Origin: Patescibacteria group bacterium
GTDB taxonomy: Bacteria > Patescibacteriota > Patescibacteriia > UBA10025 > JAHIVO01
NCBI GenBank assembly: GCA_028718605.1
Contig: JAQULM010000003.1
Coordinates: forward strand, 80,971 to 144,970
Reading direction: 5' to 3'
Length of the DNA stretch: 64,000 nt
Below the pieces are notes generated by a model, which was not told the DNA's origin, did no database searches, and saw only the letters and a list, made by a program, of their open reading frames with translations. A program made the position numbers and the translations under genes. Positions 19,863-31,760 of this stretch are shown in pieces. Every line of letters starts with the position of its first letter. The stretch's first letter is position 1.

Positions 19863-20408
19863 TTAAATCTTCTTGATTTGCAGGAAATCCAATTCGATCG
19901 GCGTCTCGCGGCCGAACATCGACACGAGTACCTTCACCTTGCCGCGCGCCTCGTCAACCTCGGAAACCTTGCCCTCGTATTCTTTGAAGGGGCCATCGGT
20001 GATTTTAACCGGCGTTCCCGGCGATACATCGATCTTGTACTTCGGTTCCTCGACGCCCATCCGCTTCTGGATCGCCTTCACTTCCTCTTCGGAAATCGGC
20101 GTCGGTGTCGTCCCCGAGCCAACGAATCCGGTTACGTTCGGCGTATTGCGCACGACGTACCAGGAATCATCCGTCACGATCATCTCGACGAGCACGTAGC
20201 CCGGAAAAATCTTCTCGGTGACGACGCGGCGTTTGCCGTTCTTGATCCTTATTTTCTTTTCAGTCGGGATAAGGACATTAAATATCTTGTCCTGCATATC
20301 CATGGATTCAATGCGCTGGCGCAGATTGCGGAGCACATTCTCTTCATATCCTGAATAGGTGTGGAGCACGTACCACTTGCGCCCCTGCTGTAATGTCTGT
20401 TTTGGCAT
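19863..20408 (-). CDS. nusG: Transcription termination/antitermination factor NusG
   Basis: WYVLHTYSGYE, FPGYVLVEM, KOW, MFGRETP. Confidence 0.98.
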   Translation of the reverse strand: MPKQTLQQGRKWYVLHTYSGYEENVLRNLRQRIESMDMQDKIFNVLIPTEKKIRIKNGKRRVVTEKIFPGYVLVEMIVTDDSWYVVRNTPNVTGFVGSGTTPTPISEEEVKAIQKRMGVEEPKYKIDVSPGTPVKITDGPFKEYEGKVSEVDEARGKVKVLVSMFGRETPIELDFLQIKKI

Positions 20409-20412
20409 ACGT

Positions 20413-20601
20413 TTAACGGTTAATCACCTTCTCGAGAACGATATTCAGCCCATAGTCGAGCGCGCCGAGAAACACCGCCGTGCCGACACTAATGCCGATA
20501 ACGAGCATGGTATACTTCGTCGCCTCTTTGCGCGACGGCCATATCACCTTCTTCAGTTCGTCGCGGGACTCTCGTATGTACGCAGTAATTTTATTTGGCA
20601 T
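20413..20601 (-). CDS. secE: Preprotein translocase subunit SecE
   Basis: ELKKVIWPS plus TM helix, upstream of nusG. Confidence 0.93.
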   Translation of the reverse strand: MPNKITAYIRESRDELKKVIWPSRKEATKYTMLVIGISVGTAVFLGALDYGLNIVLEKVINR

Positions 20602-20692
20602 AAATTTCTTTGTCTTAAAAACACCCTCGGAAGGGAGCTACTGTCAGAATACAATAGCCCTATAAATAAGTCAACTCCATTTTAAAAATGTG

Positions 20693-22771
<2,079 letters not shown>

Positions 22772-22789
22772 CTATTGAATGATAATTGT

Positions 22790-25141
22790 TTATTGTTTTA
22801 ATACCAATCCAAATCGGCTCTTCATTTCCTTGACGATGCGGCTCTCGATCGTATCAACATCCGCTGCCGTCAGAGTGCGGTCTGGGGACTGGTACACGAT
22901 GCGGAACGTAACGCTGTACCGATTATCAGGGCTCTGGAACGGCTGGCCAACGCCATACGCATCGACAACTAATGGGTCTGCGTGCCACAAGTATCCAACG
23001 ACAGCATGATACGAAAGGTTCGGATCGGCATTGAACGTCATGTCGCGGACGATACTGGGGAATTCTGCAAACGGCCGATACGGCACGATACTACGCGCGC
23101 AGGAAGCCAGCGCATCGATATCAAGCTCAAACCATGCCGGTTTGCTGCCGAGTTTGTCTTGAAAGCGCGAAATCCAGCCATAGATGCCGACGCGCTTGCC
23201 ACCAATGTTCACTGCCACAACGGGCACCTCGTGCGAAGTGCTCGTTTCACAATGAACCGACCGCTCATCAATACCGAGTACGCTCATCAGCACCGTGAGC
23301 GAATCCTTTATCTGCGCCATCGCCACGTCCCGTTTTGCCGTGGTTGATTTGTCATATACGATTGCTGAAATAAGCATCCGCTCCCGTGGAGTGGTACGTT
23401 TGCTGAAAACTGCGCCAACTTCGAAGAGGAGAACACGATCACGGGATTGGTAGTTTTTCAGAACGTTCTCGACGAGTTGCGGGATCAATGACGACCGCAA
23501 AATCGCTTGACTCGGATTGAGAGGATTCTTGACACGGTAGTGGTCTGCGAGTTTTAGAGGATGGAGGCCGACTATGTGCTCACTGTGGTACGAATAATTG
23601 AGCGTTTCGGTCATGCCGCACGCAACGAGCGCATCTTCAAGAGCCCGAATGTACCGCCGGTTCTGCACGTTAACGGGCTTGAGCTCAGCGCGCAGCGATA
23701 CGGGCTTCATGCGGTTACAACCATGCATGCGCCCCACCTCTTCGATGACATCCGCTGCTAAAAATATGTCCTGCCGCCATTCCGGCGCCGTGACAGCGAG
23801 CGTGCCGGATTTTTGCTCGAGGACAGCGAACCCAAGCCGCTGCAGATAGCCCGTGATTTCCCGGGATTGGAATGTGTGCCCGATGAGCGCACTGATTTCA
23901 TCCACGGTGACTTTAACGGCAGGATTATGGCGCTGTACCCCCTTCGTTGCAACAATACTCCCTGTAGCGACCTCGCCATGCGCCAGCTCAGCCATGAGTT
24001 CGGCTGCCTTATCCACGGCGCGCTCAGGCAAACCCCACCAAATGCCTTTTTCAAACCGTGTAGACGCTTCGGTGATAATGCCAAGCTTTTGGCGCGTCTT
24101 CCTGACTGAAAGCGGCTTGAATATCGCCGACTCGATCACAATGTCCTTCGTCTGTTTCGTAATCTCCGAGTTCCTGCCGCCCATCACGCCCGCAACGGCA
24201 ATCGGCTGTTGTGCGTCACAGATCATCAGCATTCCAGGAGCGAGCGTGCGCGCCTCGCCATCCAGCGTTATAAACTCCGTCTGCTTGCTTGCTGCGCGGA
24301 CGACAACCGTCTTTCCCCGGACCAACGAATAATCAAAGGCATGCAACGGCTGGCCGTATTCCAGCATGACGTAATTCGTGATGTCGACAATAGTATTAAT
24401 CGGCTTAACGCCGGCGGCACGCAATCGCGACTGCATCCAGTATGGCGACGGCGCAACGTGCACGTTGCGGACAACGCGGGCAGTGTACTTGGGGCACAGC
24501 GTATAATCCCGAACCTGCACTTTCAGCTGCTTCGTAATAGCAAATTTCTTGCTCTCGGGTACGCGTATTTTCGGTTCAATAAATTTCTGGCCTGTCAACG
24601 CGGCTATCTCGCGGGCGAGCCCAATTACAGACAAACAGTCCGGCCGATTCGGCGACACCGTAACATCCAATGTTACATCAAAAAGCTTGAGTGCCTGGGC
24701 AAACGGCGCCCCAACCCTCACGTCCTCCCCAAGAATCAGGATGCCACTGTGGTCGTCGCCGAGCCCGAGCTCGTCCTCGGCGCACAGCATGCCCTCAGAA
24801 TCAACACCGCGGATCCTACGCGCTTCAATTTTCATGCCCGACGGCAAGGCAGCACCAACGAGCGCGACCGGCACTTTCTGCTCCGGCTTGATATTCTTTG
24901 CCCCACATACAATCGTCAATAACCGCGAACGCTTCACGTCAACTTTGCATACGACGAGCTTATCAGCGCCAGGATGTGAAACGATAGTTTTAATCTGGCC
25001 GACAATTACTTTTTCCAATCCCTCGCCGTGGCGCTCGATTTTTTCGACCTCAAATCCGCCCAACGTCAAAACTTCGGCAATTTGCTCGGGCGTCTGCTTG
25101 AATTTAACGTAATCTTTGAGCCAATGAAGCGAAAGAATCAT
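22790..25141 (-). CDS. pheT: Phenylalanyl-tRNA synthetase beta subunit
   Basis: PNRPDCLS, GQPLHAFD, DVIEEVGR, FDX-ACB tail. Confidence 0.96.
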   Translation of the reverse strand: MILSLHWLKDYVKFKQTPEQIAEVLTLGGFEVEKIERHGEGLEKVIVGQIKTIVSHPGADKLVVCKVDVKRSRLLTIVCGAKNIKPEQKVPVALVGAALPSGMKIEARRIRGVDSEGMLCAEDELGLGDDHSGILILGEDVRVGAPFAQALKLFDVTLDVTVSPNRPDCLSVIGLAREIAALTGQKFIEPKIRVPESKKFAITKQLKVQVRDYTLCPKYTARVVRNVHVAPSPYWMQSRLRAAGVKPINTIVDITNYVMLEYGQPLHAFDYSLVRGKTVVVRAASKQTEFITLDGEARTLAPGMLMICDAQQPIAVAGVMGGRNSEITKQTKDIVIESAIFKPLSVRKTRQKLGIITEASTRFEKGIWWGLPERAVDKAAELMAELAHGEVATGSIVATKGVQRHNPAVKVTVDEISALIGHTFQSREITGYLQRLGFAVLEQKSGTLAVTAPEWRQDIFLAADVIEEVGRMHGCNRMKPVSLRAELKPVNVQNRRYIRALEDALVACGMTETLNYSYHSEHIVGLHPLKLADHYRVKNPLNPSQAILRSSLIPQLVENVLKNYQSRDRVLLFEVGAVFSKRTTPRERMLISAIVYDKSTTAKRDVAMAQIKDSLTVLMSVLGIDERSVHCETSTSHEVPVVAVNIGGKRVGIYGWISRFQDKLGSKPAWFELDIDALASCARSIVPYRPFAEFPSIVRDMTFNADPNLSYHAVVGYLWHADPLVVDAYGVGQPFQSPDNRYSVTFRIVYQSPDRTLTAADVDTIESRIVKEMKSRFGLVLKQ

Positions 25142-25142
25142 A

Positions 25143-26141
25143 TTACTTTATTCGACATAATACTTTAGCGTAACTCTGACTGCCATTCTGGTAAAATTTA
25201 ATAATCCGAAATCCATTATCATTGAGAAGGAATTTTAAATCGTCTGGATAATATTTCTCTGAAAAGTACAGAAGGATACGCTCTCCCCTTTTATAAACGA
25301 TGTCCTGACCAGCATAATGTGCGGTCGCGTTCCGCCGGAATCGAAAGTAGAGATCAACGCGGTTGAGTCGCGGGTAGTGCGGATCACGATTGAATTCAAC
25401 ATCGATAGCGCCATCCGACTTCCGAATGCCCGCTTTCTTTAATGGGCTGTATGCAAAATCTTTTGATGCGCGATTACTGTAGCTCCTAATAATTTTCCGG
25501 ATATCCTCCTTGGTCTCCCGTGATCGCTCCTTACGAATTGAAACGCCAATAAGGATAAAATCATTATGATCAAGGCTCTTGCGTAAAATATTCAAGAGAT
25601 ACACCTGATTGAAATTTCCCATCGTATTTCCCAATAAGCTGAAGAAGTTTCGATCCTTCCTGAATGTTTGAGATCGAACAATCTCATCAAGAATCTTAAA
25701 ATCAGTTACAAACGCTGTCGTCGGGATATTATGGAAATGGGAAAAAACGTAGTTTAAACCCGCTTTTATCATGTCAGTGCTAATATCAATCGGGTAGTAT
25801 GATATCTTCCGTGAATATCGATACAAATGGCGCAAGATAATCCCGTCCTTTTCCCCATTACCGATACCGAGGCTGATATAATTTAATTTTGGGCCACCGA
25901 CGTGTTTCGCGACATCAGCCCCAGCCTGCTTAAGAAGCGATACCCCTTGTGGATATGTCTTGTATTCCGATGCAAGGCAAAATTTCAACCAGCTCTGTGT
26001 CGGTTCTTCACCCCAGTAAGAAAATTTCGAAACAATCTCGCGGTTCTTCAGGCAATCGAGGAATTCTCGCTGGAGTTGATCATTGCTCTCGCGGATATTA
26101 ACATACACATTCGCTAAAAACTTTGGCAGCTGTTTCTTCAT
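25143..26141 (-). CDS. EgtD-like (histidine-specific type) SAM methyltransferase
   Basis: SLGIGNGEKD, YYPIDIS, LLGNTMGNF, SEKY; AT-richer than flanks. Confidence 0.75.
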   Translation of the reverse strand: MKKQLPKFLANVYVNIRESNDQLQREFLDCLKNREIVSKFSYWGEEPTQSWLKFCLASEYKTYPQGVSLLKQAGADVAKHVGGPKLNYISLGIGNGEKDGIILRHLYRYSRKISYYPIDISTDMIKAGLNYVFSHFHNIPTTAFVTDFKILDEIVRSQTFRKDRNFFSLLGNTMGNFNQVYLLNILRKSLDHNDFILIGVSIRKERSRETKEDIRKIIRSYSNRASKDFAYSPLKKAGIRKSDGAIDVEFNRDPHYPRLNRVDLYFRFRRNATAHYAGQDIVYKRGERILLYFSEKYYPDDLKFLLNDNGFRIIKFYQNGSQSYAKVLCRIK

Positions 26142-26148
26142 AGGATCC

Positions 26149-27156
26149 TCAAAACTGCTCTAAAAACCTGAGATCGCCGCTATATAATAAGCGGATGTCA
26201 TTGACGCCGTGGCGGAGCATCATCAGGCGGTCCATGCCGATACCAAACGCAAAACCACTGTACTCCCGCGGATCAACGCCCATATTGCGGAGTACCGTCG
26301 GGTGCACCGTGCCCGCTCCGAGGAGCTCGACCCATCCAGTCTGCTTGCAGACTGAGCAACCGGTGCCGCCGCACAGCTGGCACTGCATATCAACTTCGTA
26401 ACCTGGTTCAACGAACGGGAAGAATGACGGTCGGAAACGAATCTCAACGCTGCGCTGAAATACCGCCCGCAGAAAATCTTTCAAGGTTGCCATGAGATTC
26501 GCAGCAGAAACCCCGCGGTCGATCACGAGTCCTTCCAGGTGGTAAAACATTGTATCATGCCCGGGATCCGTTGCTTCATGGCGAAATACGCGCCCCGGTA
26601 CAATCAACCGGACCGGCGGTTTCCGTTTTTCCATCGCACGAAGCTGCACCGGAGACGTGTGCGTGCGAAGAAGCAGCTCGCCCTCAATGTAGAACGTGTC
26701 CCATTCATCGCGTGCAGGATGGTCTTTCGGGATATTCAGCAGGTCAAAATTATACTTCGGCGATTCAAGTTCCGGGCCTGTGACGACCTCAAAACCCATG
26801 GAACAGAAAATATCTTCAGCAATCCGAATTTGCTGCGTCACGGGATGCAAATGTCCGAGACCGCGCGCTGAACCGGGCCAGGTCGATTCCAGGACAGACG
26901 CATTTTCGAGCGGGCGCTGTACTTCCTCCCGGCGTTCGTCCATGGCCAAAACAATATCCCGTTTCGCTCTATTTGCCAGCTGGCCGACTGCTCGGCGTTC
27001 GTCGACGGGCAAATCCTGGAGCTGGCGGAGCACCCGTGTCAGTGCGCCTTTGCGCCCGAGGTACCGGACACTCAAACCACGCAGTTCCTCAATAGTTTCT
27101 GCTTGTTGCACCTTGATGAGTGCTTCTTGCCGTATTTTTTCAACCGTCTCGCCCAT
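26149..27156 (-). CDS. pheS: Phenylalanyl-tRNA synthetase alpha subunit
   Basis: HPARD, LLRTHTSPVQ, FPFVEP, GFAFG. Confidence 0.97.
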   Translation of the reverse strand: MGETVEKIRQEALIKVQQAETIEELRGLSVRYLGRKGALTRVLRQLQDLPVDERRAVGQLANRAKRDIVLAMDERREEVQRPLENASVLESTWPGSARGLGHLHPVTQQIRIAEDIFCSMGFEVVTGPELESPKYNFDLLNIPKDHPARDEWDTFYIEGELLLRTHTSPVQLRAMEKRKPPVRLIVPGRVFRHEATDPGHDTMFYHLEGLVIDRGVSAANLMATLKDFLRAVFQRSVEIRFRPSFFPFVEPGYEVDMQCQLCGGTGCSVCKQTGWVELLGAGTVHPTVLRNMGVDPREYSGFAFGIGMDRLMMLRHGVNDIRLLYSGDLRFLEQF

Positions 27157-27161
27157 AGTTG

Positions 27162-27548
27162 CTATTGCCGATGGATTACTTTGCGTGAAATGAAGAAAAA
27201 CTCAAGAAGCGTCAGGAGCATGATGAAAAATAGCAAACTCCACCACTTTAAATACCCGGTACCCTGCAAGAGCAGCGAACCGACGAGAAGCACGGAAAAC
27301 CATACGGATTGCCGTGTCGACACACCCAGGTGCCGGAAAATCACCTGTTCGCGCGAAAACCACACCCTGCCGAAAAAACCAACCAGGGAAAAAGTCCCGA
27401 CCAGGGCAACCAAAAGGCTTATGTAAAACAAAGAATAACCGACCATCCCTGAATCATCGGGGTTGATGTAAAACAGCACGACGAGCCACGCTACCCACGA
27501 GAGCAGCGTCGCAGATGTCATGATAAGGAGGTACTTTTTGAGTGACAT
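27162..27548 (-). CDS. 4-TM hypothetical membrane protein
   Basis: Four hydrophobic segments; RQS motif. Confidence 0.7.
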   Translation of the reverse strand: MSLKKYLLIMTSATLLSWVAWLVVLFYINPDDSGMVGYSLFYISLLVALVGTFSLVGFFGRVWFSREQVIFRHLGVSTRQSVWFSVLLVGSLLLQGTGYLKWWSLLFFIMLLTLLEFFFISRKVIHRQ

Positions 27549-27654
27549 AAGGTACTAAAAAACAAGGGAAAAACCTACCTTGATAGTAGCATATTTTGGG
27601 GCGTCCTGCAAGGATTTTTATTTGTATATTTTTTGGCTAATGTTAGCTCTGAAA

Positions 27655-27948
27655 TCACACTAAAAATCGCAACCGTTCTACCCTGTTTTTACCCACCTTT
27701 TTTTCGAGTTTTTCAATAAGTTCCCGCTCCTTCAATTTCAGTTCTTGGCCGACCGCGGAGCTCATAACGGCAAGCGTTAGCGTACGGTTTTTCACGTACA
27801 GCGCCTTTACCTTGCCGCTAATTTGCGTGCCAAAAAGCTCCTCCATGATCCGGTTGAACTCGTTGCACACCACGGCTGCATTCACCTGATCGGCAATCCC
27901 CGCTTTTTGCAGGGAGCTCTGCAAAATGTCTTTGATTGAAGTAACCAT
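27655..27948 (-). CDS. DUF721/DciA-like protein
   Basis: IKDIL...TLTLAVMSSAVGQELKL...RLRF pattern. Confidence 0.7.
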   Translation of the reverse strand: MVTSIKDILQSSLQKAGIADQVNAAVVCNEFNRIMEELFGTQISGKVKALYVKNRTLTLAVMSSAVGQELKLKERELIEKLEKKVGKNRVERLRFLV

Positions 27949-27991
27949 ACAATTACTGTATACCCAAAATCGGTAAAAGTAAAAACGGAAG

Positions 27992-28678
27992 TTACCAGTA
28001 CGCTTGCGGATCGAGCCAATCACCAAACGCTGCCTCTGTACTGACGTATCCTTTGTAGTTAACGCCTGTTCCTTTGTGTATTGACAAGTGCAAATGCTTA
28101 CGCTCACCGTCTGTCTGAGTGCTATACCCTTTCCCAAGATTGCCGATTAAATCACCCTGATTCAATGTATCGCCGACTGAAACAGCTATGTTATCTATGT
28201 TCAGATGGCCGTACAAGACTGTCACCTTCTCGCCGTTTAAAACGCAGTCTTGCACGAGCACGCCGCCGTATCCACTCACCCACTGCTTTACTCGAACCTT
28301 GCCAGTGCATGCCGCTGCAACCCGCACGTCAATATTTTCTTCACCGGGCAAAATCTCAAAATCTACCCCTGTGTGGTAACCAGAAAACTTCTCCGGCTGT
28401 ACCGGAGACGTCGCGGGTATGATATGCATGCTGAACGTTTTTTTGGTAATGCGGTCGGCTGGACGGTCAAGCGGCGCGGTCAGCTCTTTCACCGGCGTTG
28501 GCACATTGGCAATTGAATTACTATTCGTGCCGATCTCAACACGAATATTGTCACTCATGCGTTGGTTGGTGGCGGCCCCGCCAGTTGAAGCGGTGTCCAC
28601 CGAGCCTGAAGTACAGCCGCTCACGGCAAATGCACAGCACATCCCAGCGAGAATCACGATGGCGGAGCGTTGTTTCAT
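27992..28678 (-). CDS. M23 family peptidase lipoprotein
   Basis: Lipobox-like VSGC, HTGVD, YGHL, HLH. Confidence 0.85.
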   Translation of the reverse strand: MKQRSAIVILAGMCCAFAVSGCTSGSVDTASTGGAATNQRMSDNIRVEIGTNSNSIANVPTPVKELTAPLDRPADRITKKTFSMHIIPATSPVQPEKFSGYHTGVDFEILPGEENIDVRVAAACTGKVRVKQWVSGYGGVLVQDCVLNGEKVTVLYGHLNIDNIAVSVGDTLNQGDLIGNLGKGYSTQTDGERKHLHLSIHKGTGVNYKGYVSTEAAFGDWLDPQAYW

Positions 28679-28869
28679 ATCACCATCGTACCGCCCCGGT
28701 TACCGCAGTGCAAGAGCCACGGCTCCAAGAACTGGAAATAAAACCTGCTCCGCGGGTACGGACCCACGCAGCAGGTTCGGTGTCAAGCACGGCATCAAAC
28801 ACAAATGCAAAATGAAAACCAGCACAGTCCTCCAGGTGTGCCGGTCATTCTTTGGAACGATAACGATGT

Positions 28870-29469
28870 TCAATTCGAGCCGCTCTGTGGCTTGGTAGCC
28901 ACCACGGAGAGGCATAGGATTGGCGCCAAGGCGTCAATGAGGACCTGTATCTGGCCGCCCTCATGTGCCGTCTCAGTGCCGGCTGTCTGTATTTTCTTGA
29001 CCATGAGCGCCGTCAACTGCTGCAGGACGAGGGAAGAATCCTCGCACGCTGCACACCGTTCGGCCATCATCTGTATGCCGGTACGCTGGTTAGCCTCGAA
29101 TACCCGACTTGCCTTCTCCCGTTCGTCCCTATCCGGATACAGTTCCTCGGACAGCAGCGCGTTGAAATCATCCATGGTCAGCGCGATGCCCGACAGCATC
29201 GAGGTGCAGAAGAAGTACTCGGCGAGATCGCGCCGAAGTTTTTCTTCCTCAATAGGATTGCCGTCAGGCCACGTCGTATGGCACATCTCCGCAAACCATT
29301 GCTCAAGGCTCTGTGTCGCGCCATACTGGATATCCGGAGAGATAACCATGCCCTCGATCTTATCATCTCCGGCAATCAGTGCAGCGCAGAAACGGCTGAA
29401 CGCCTTCACCAATGACCAATGGGCATACGCTGACATTTGCGCTGCCAACTGCTCAGTAAGTTGATCCAT
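28870..29469 (-). CDS. Orphan helical protein (solo unit)
   Basis: GAGG SD; promoter TTGACA-17-TAGCGT (29566-29538); hairpin with A-run at about 28740-28778. Confidence 0.65.
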   Translation of the reverse strand: MDQLTEQLAAQMSAYAHWSLVKAFSRFCAALIAGDDKIEGMVISPDIQYGATQSLEQWFAEMCHTTWPDGNPIEEEKLRRDLAEYFFCTSMLSGIALTMDDFNALLSEELYPDRDEREKASRVFEANQRTGIQMMAERCAACEDSSLVLQQLTALMVKKIQTAGTETAHEGGQIQVLIDALAPILCLSVVATKPQSGSN

Positions 29470-29700
29470 TACCCTCACTCCTCTTCTGTATGTATCGGTT
29501 CAATTTACTCTTTTTACTTCGTTTGTGTTAGTGGGTCACGCTATCACAATCTCCACATCATGTCAATGCGTGCACCAAACGCAAAATCCCCAAAAAGGTT
29601 TCGGGGAAGGTTTATGCCTCCAATCTATTGCACCTATAGATAAAAATCAAGCAGTAACCAATCCGTAAAGCAGTCCGCGATTTAATCCATTTGTGAATGA

Positions 29701-30345
29701 TTATTCCTCCTGTAACCGAATTTCTTTTTCCCGAACAACATTCACGTACTTCCTGCGTGCATTATCAAAATCATACAACCCGATTTTTATCGTAGAAAAT
29801 TCCAGCTCCATTTTCTGTAGCCGCTGGAGGTACGGCTTCAGTTTTTTTATCGTTTCCGCAGCTGCTTGCCCAGGCACTTCCCCAAGCGTGATGTGCGGAT
29901 GAAAAAGCGACAGCACGTGCTGGCTGCCGTACCGCTCAATGTACTGGCGTTCTTGCCGGTTGAGCGCGCCGTTTGCGATCAAGCGTTGGTCTTTGTCTCG
30001 TATCAACGTGCCGCGGAGCACGTTCGCTGGCCGGAGCACCTGCTGGTGGAGTTTCAGTATCTGCGGCGTTCGACCGACAGCCAGCGACAAAAATGCGTTG
30101 CCGTTTTTATTGTGCCAGACATTTATCTTCTGGATACGCAAACAGACGGCGTTCAATTCTAATGCACCAAGCTGGCGCACCAGCCCAGCATAGTTACCGG
30201 CATGAAACCTGCCCTGGTACAGCGTCAGGTGCGGCGCAAAGGGATAATAGCGAGGATATTCAATCCCAGCTTTCTTAATAGCCGCTACAATAACCTCTGA
30301 CGCAGCTTTCGAAACATCGAGATGTATGCCGATGACTTTTTCCAT
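29701..30345 (-). CDS. 2H phosphoesterase (2'-5' RNA ligase family)
   Basis: Two HxT motifs (PHLTL, PHITL). Confidence 0.8.
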   Translation of the reverse strand: MEKVIGIHLDVSKAASEVIVAAIKKAGIEYPRYYPFAPHLTLYQGRFHAGNYAGLVRQLGALELNAVCLRIQKINVWHNKNGNAFLSLAVGRTPQILKLHQQVLRPANVLRGTLIRDKDQRLIANGALNRQERQYIERYGSQHVLSLFHPHITLGEVPGQAAAETIKKLKPYLQRLQKMELEFSTIKIGLYDFDNARRKYVNVVREKEIRLQEE

Positions 30346-30363
30346 TCTTTTTATACTTCCAGC

Positions 30364-30741
30364 TTACATTGCATTCAGATAATCGGTGGCTTTGCGCCTG
30401 TCTATCATTCGGTGTGCTTGCTTCATTTCATCGGGCGTATAGATGTACGTAATCTTGAATTTGCCCGACGTCGTTTGTTTTACATTGTCATGGACAATCT
30501 GGATTATTTCCACCAGTCCCCAATAGAGCCATTTTCCATTAATGTTTTAGACAAGGAAAGTGCGAACAGGTGATTGCTGGTACATCCGAATCCCCGACTT
30601 GTCTTTGAATTCAAAAATCGTGCCCTCAAAGCGCTCAGCTCTCAACAGCTTTGCTGTATGTTTTTTATAATCCAACGCCGCGGGAAAGCCTTGCGCCGTG
30701 GTAATTTGCAAGGTGTCATTCAGTTCGATAATACTGCCCAT
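30364..30741 (-). pseudogene. Hypothetical gene interrupted by an in-frame TAA
   Basis: Frame continues after TAA at 30547-30549: ...RTFLV*NINGKWLYWGLVEII...DYLNAM*. Confidence 0.7.
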
Positions 30742-30806
30742 AGTGGAAAGTAATATAAGGTCATTAAAATAAATAATCCTCTTTGACTTTTAATTTGTTT
30801 AAAAAA

Positions 30807-30870
30807 TGTTTCGGATTTCGTCCATCCTCCGAAGCAGAACTTCTGCGGTGGGCTGGTGCTTCGAATTTCA
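30807..30870. repeat. Short intergenic repeat-like element (TTTCGGATTTCG...GCTTCGAATTTC)
   Basis: Related 7-nt units flanking a small hairpin. Confidence 0.35.
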
Positions 30871-30896
30871 TGTGGTGTGGGGGTCACCCCCTCCAC

Positions 30897-31748
30897 CTAT
30901 CCCCTCCCGTCAACTGACACAATAACCATTGTCCGTTCGCTTTGGAACAGTCTCCCGTCCTTTTCCTTCTTTTTCATGAATGCAACCAACTCGCGTTGGG
31001 AATCATGAAGAGCGATGAGTTGCCGAAAAGACCGCAGGCCAAGCAATGGGATCATGCCATCAGTATAAAAAACGACATTCCAGCCCGGTTTGAGTCGCAC
31101 GCTGCCGGCCTGCAAAAACGTAACGGCCCGCGTTTCACCAGTCATCACGCCCCAGCGAATTCGTTTACCCTGAAAAGACAGCCGGGTATTGTTCACCACT
31201 TCCCTGCGGAAATATTGGTGTTCCTCCGGACTAAGCGACGAAAATCCGTACGTTCGGCATAGGAATTTCATGTATGCATCGACAGGCCCGCGATCCAATA
31301 ATTTATTTTTGACAATATTTCCTTTCGTATCGATAATCATCACTCCGCAATCGTTCAACTGACCCCAATACAATTTGCCCTGATATATACGGCCAAAAGC
31401 ACATACTGTCGCGGCGTATTGTTTCGTTAAAAAATCAACTGTTCGCGGCATGAGTCCAATCCGGCGATTGTACGCCCGTATTGCCGAATTCGCCTTGACG
31501 AACGCTTGCCGGATAGAACGAACTCCCTGAAACTGGCGCGTTAGTAAAGACGCAACTAACGTCGTAGCCGCGATCCGGGCGGCTTTTGCTGCCGGGGACG
31601 GCTTAGGATATGGATTGTAATGCAATAAGGTTACGCCATCACACACGGCAAAAGCATTACCGTCTTTATAGGCGAAATCCTCCGGTGGAATACCGTTGAA
31701 CAGTTTTGGAATGTTTGGCAGGCGTTTGGTTAAAGAAATGATAGGCAT
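30897..31748 (-). CDS. PP2C-like phosphatase-fold protein
   Basis: PPED, FAVCDGV, LNDCG, YTDG motifs. Confidence 0.65.
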   Translation of the reverse strand: MPIISLTKRLPNIPKLFNGIPPEDFAYKDGNAFAVCDGVTLLHYNPYPKPSPAAKAARIAATTLVASLLTRQFQGVRSIRQAFVKANSAIRAYNRRIGLMPRTVDFLTKQYAATVCAFGRIYQGKLYWGQLNDCGVMIIDTKGNIVKNKLLDRGPVDAYMKFLCRTYGFSSLSPEEHQYFRREVVNNTRLSFQGKRIRWGVMTGETRAVTFLQAGSVRLKPGWNVVFYTDGMIPLLGLRSFRQLIALHDSQRELVAFMKKKEKDGRLFQSERTMVIVSVDGRG

Positions 31749-31760
31749 ACATTAAAGCAA

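Noticed and set aside
30547-30549. Stop-codon reassignment
   Set aside because: TAA, TAG and TGA all terminate conserved genes normally in this window; this is an isolated case
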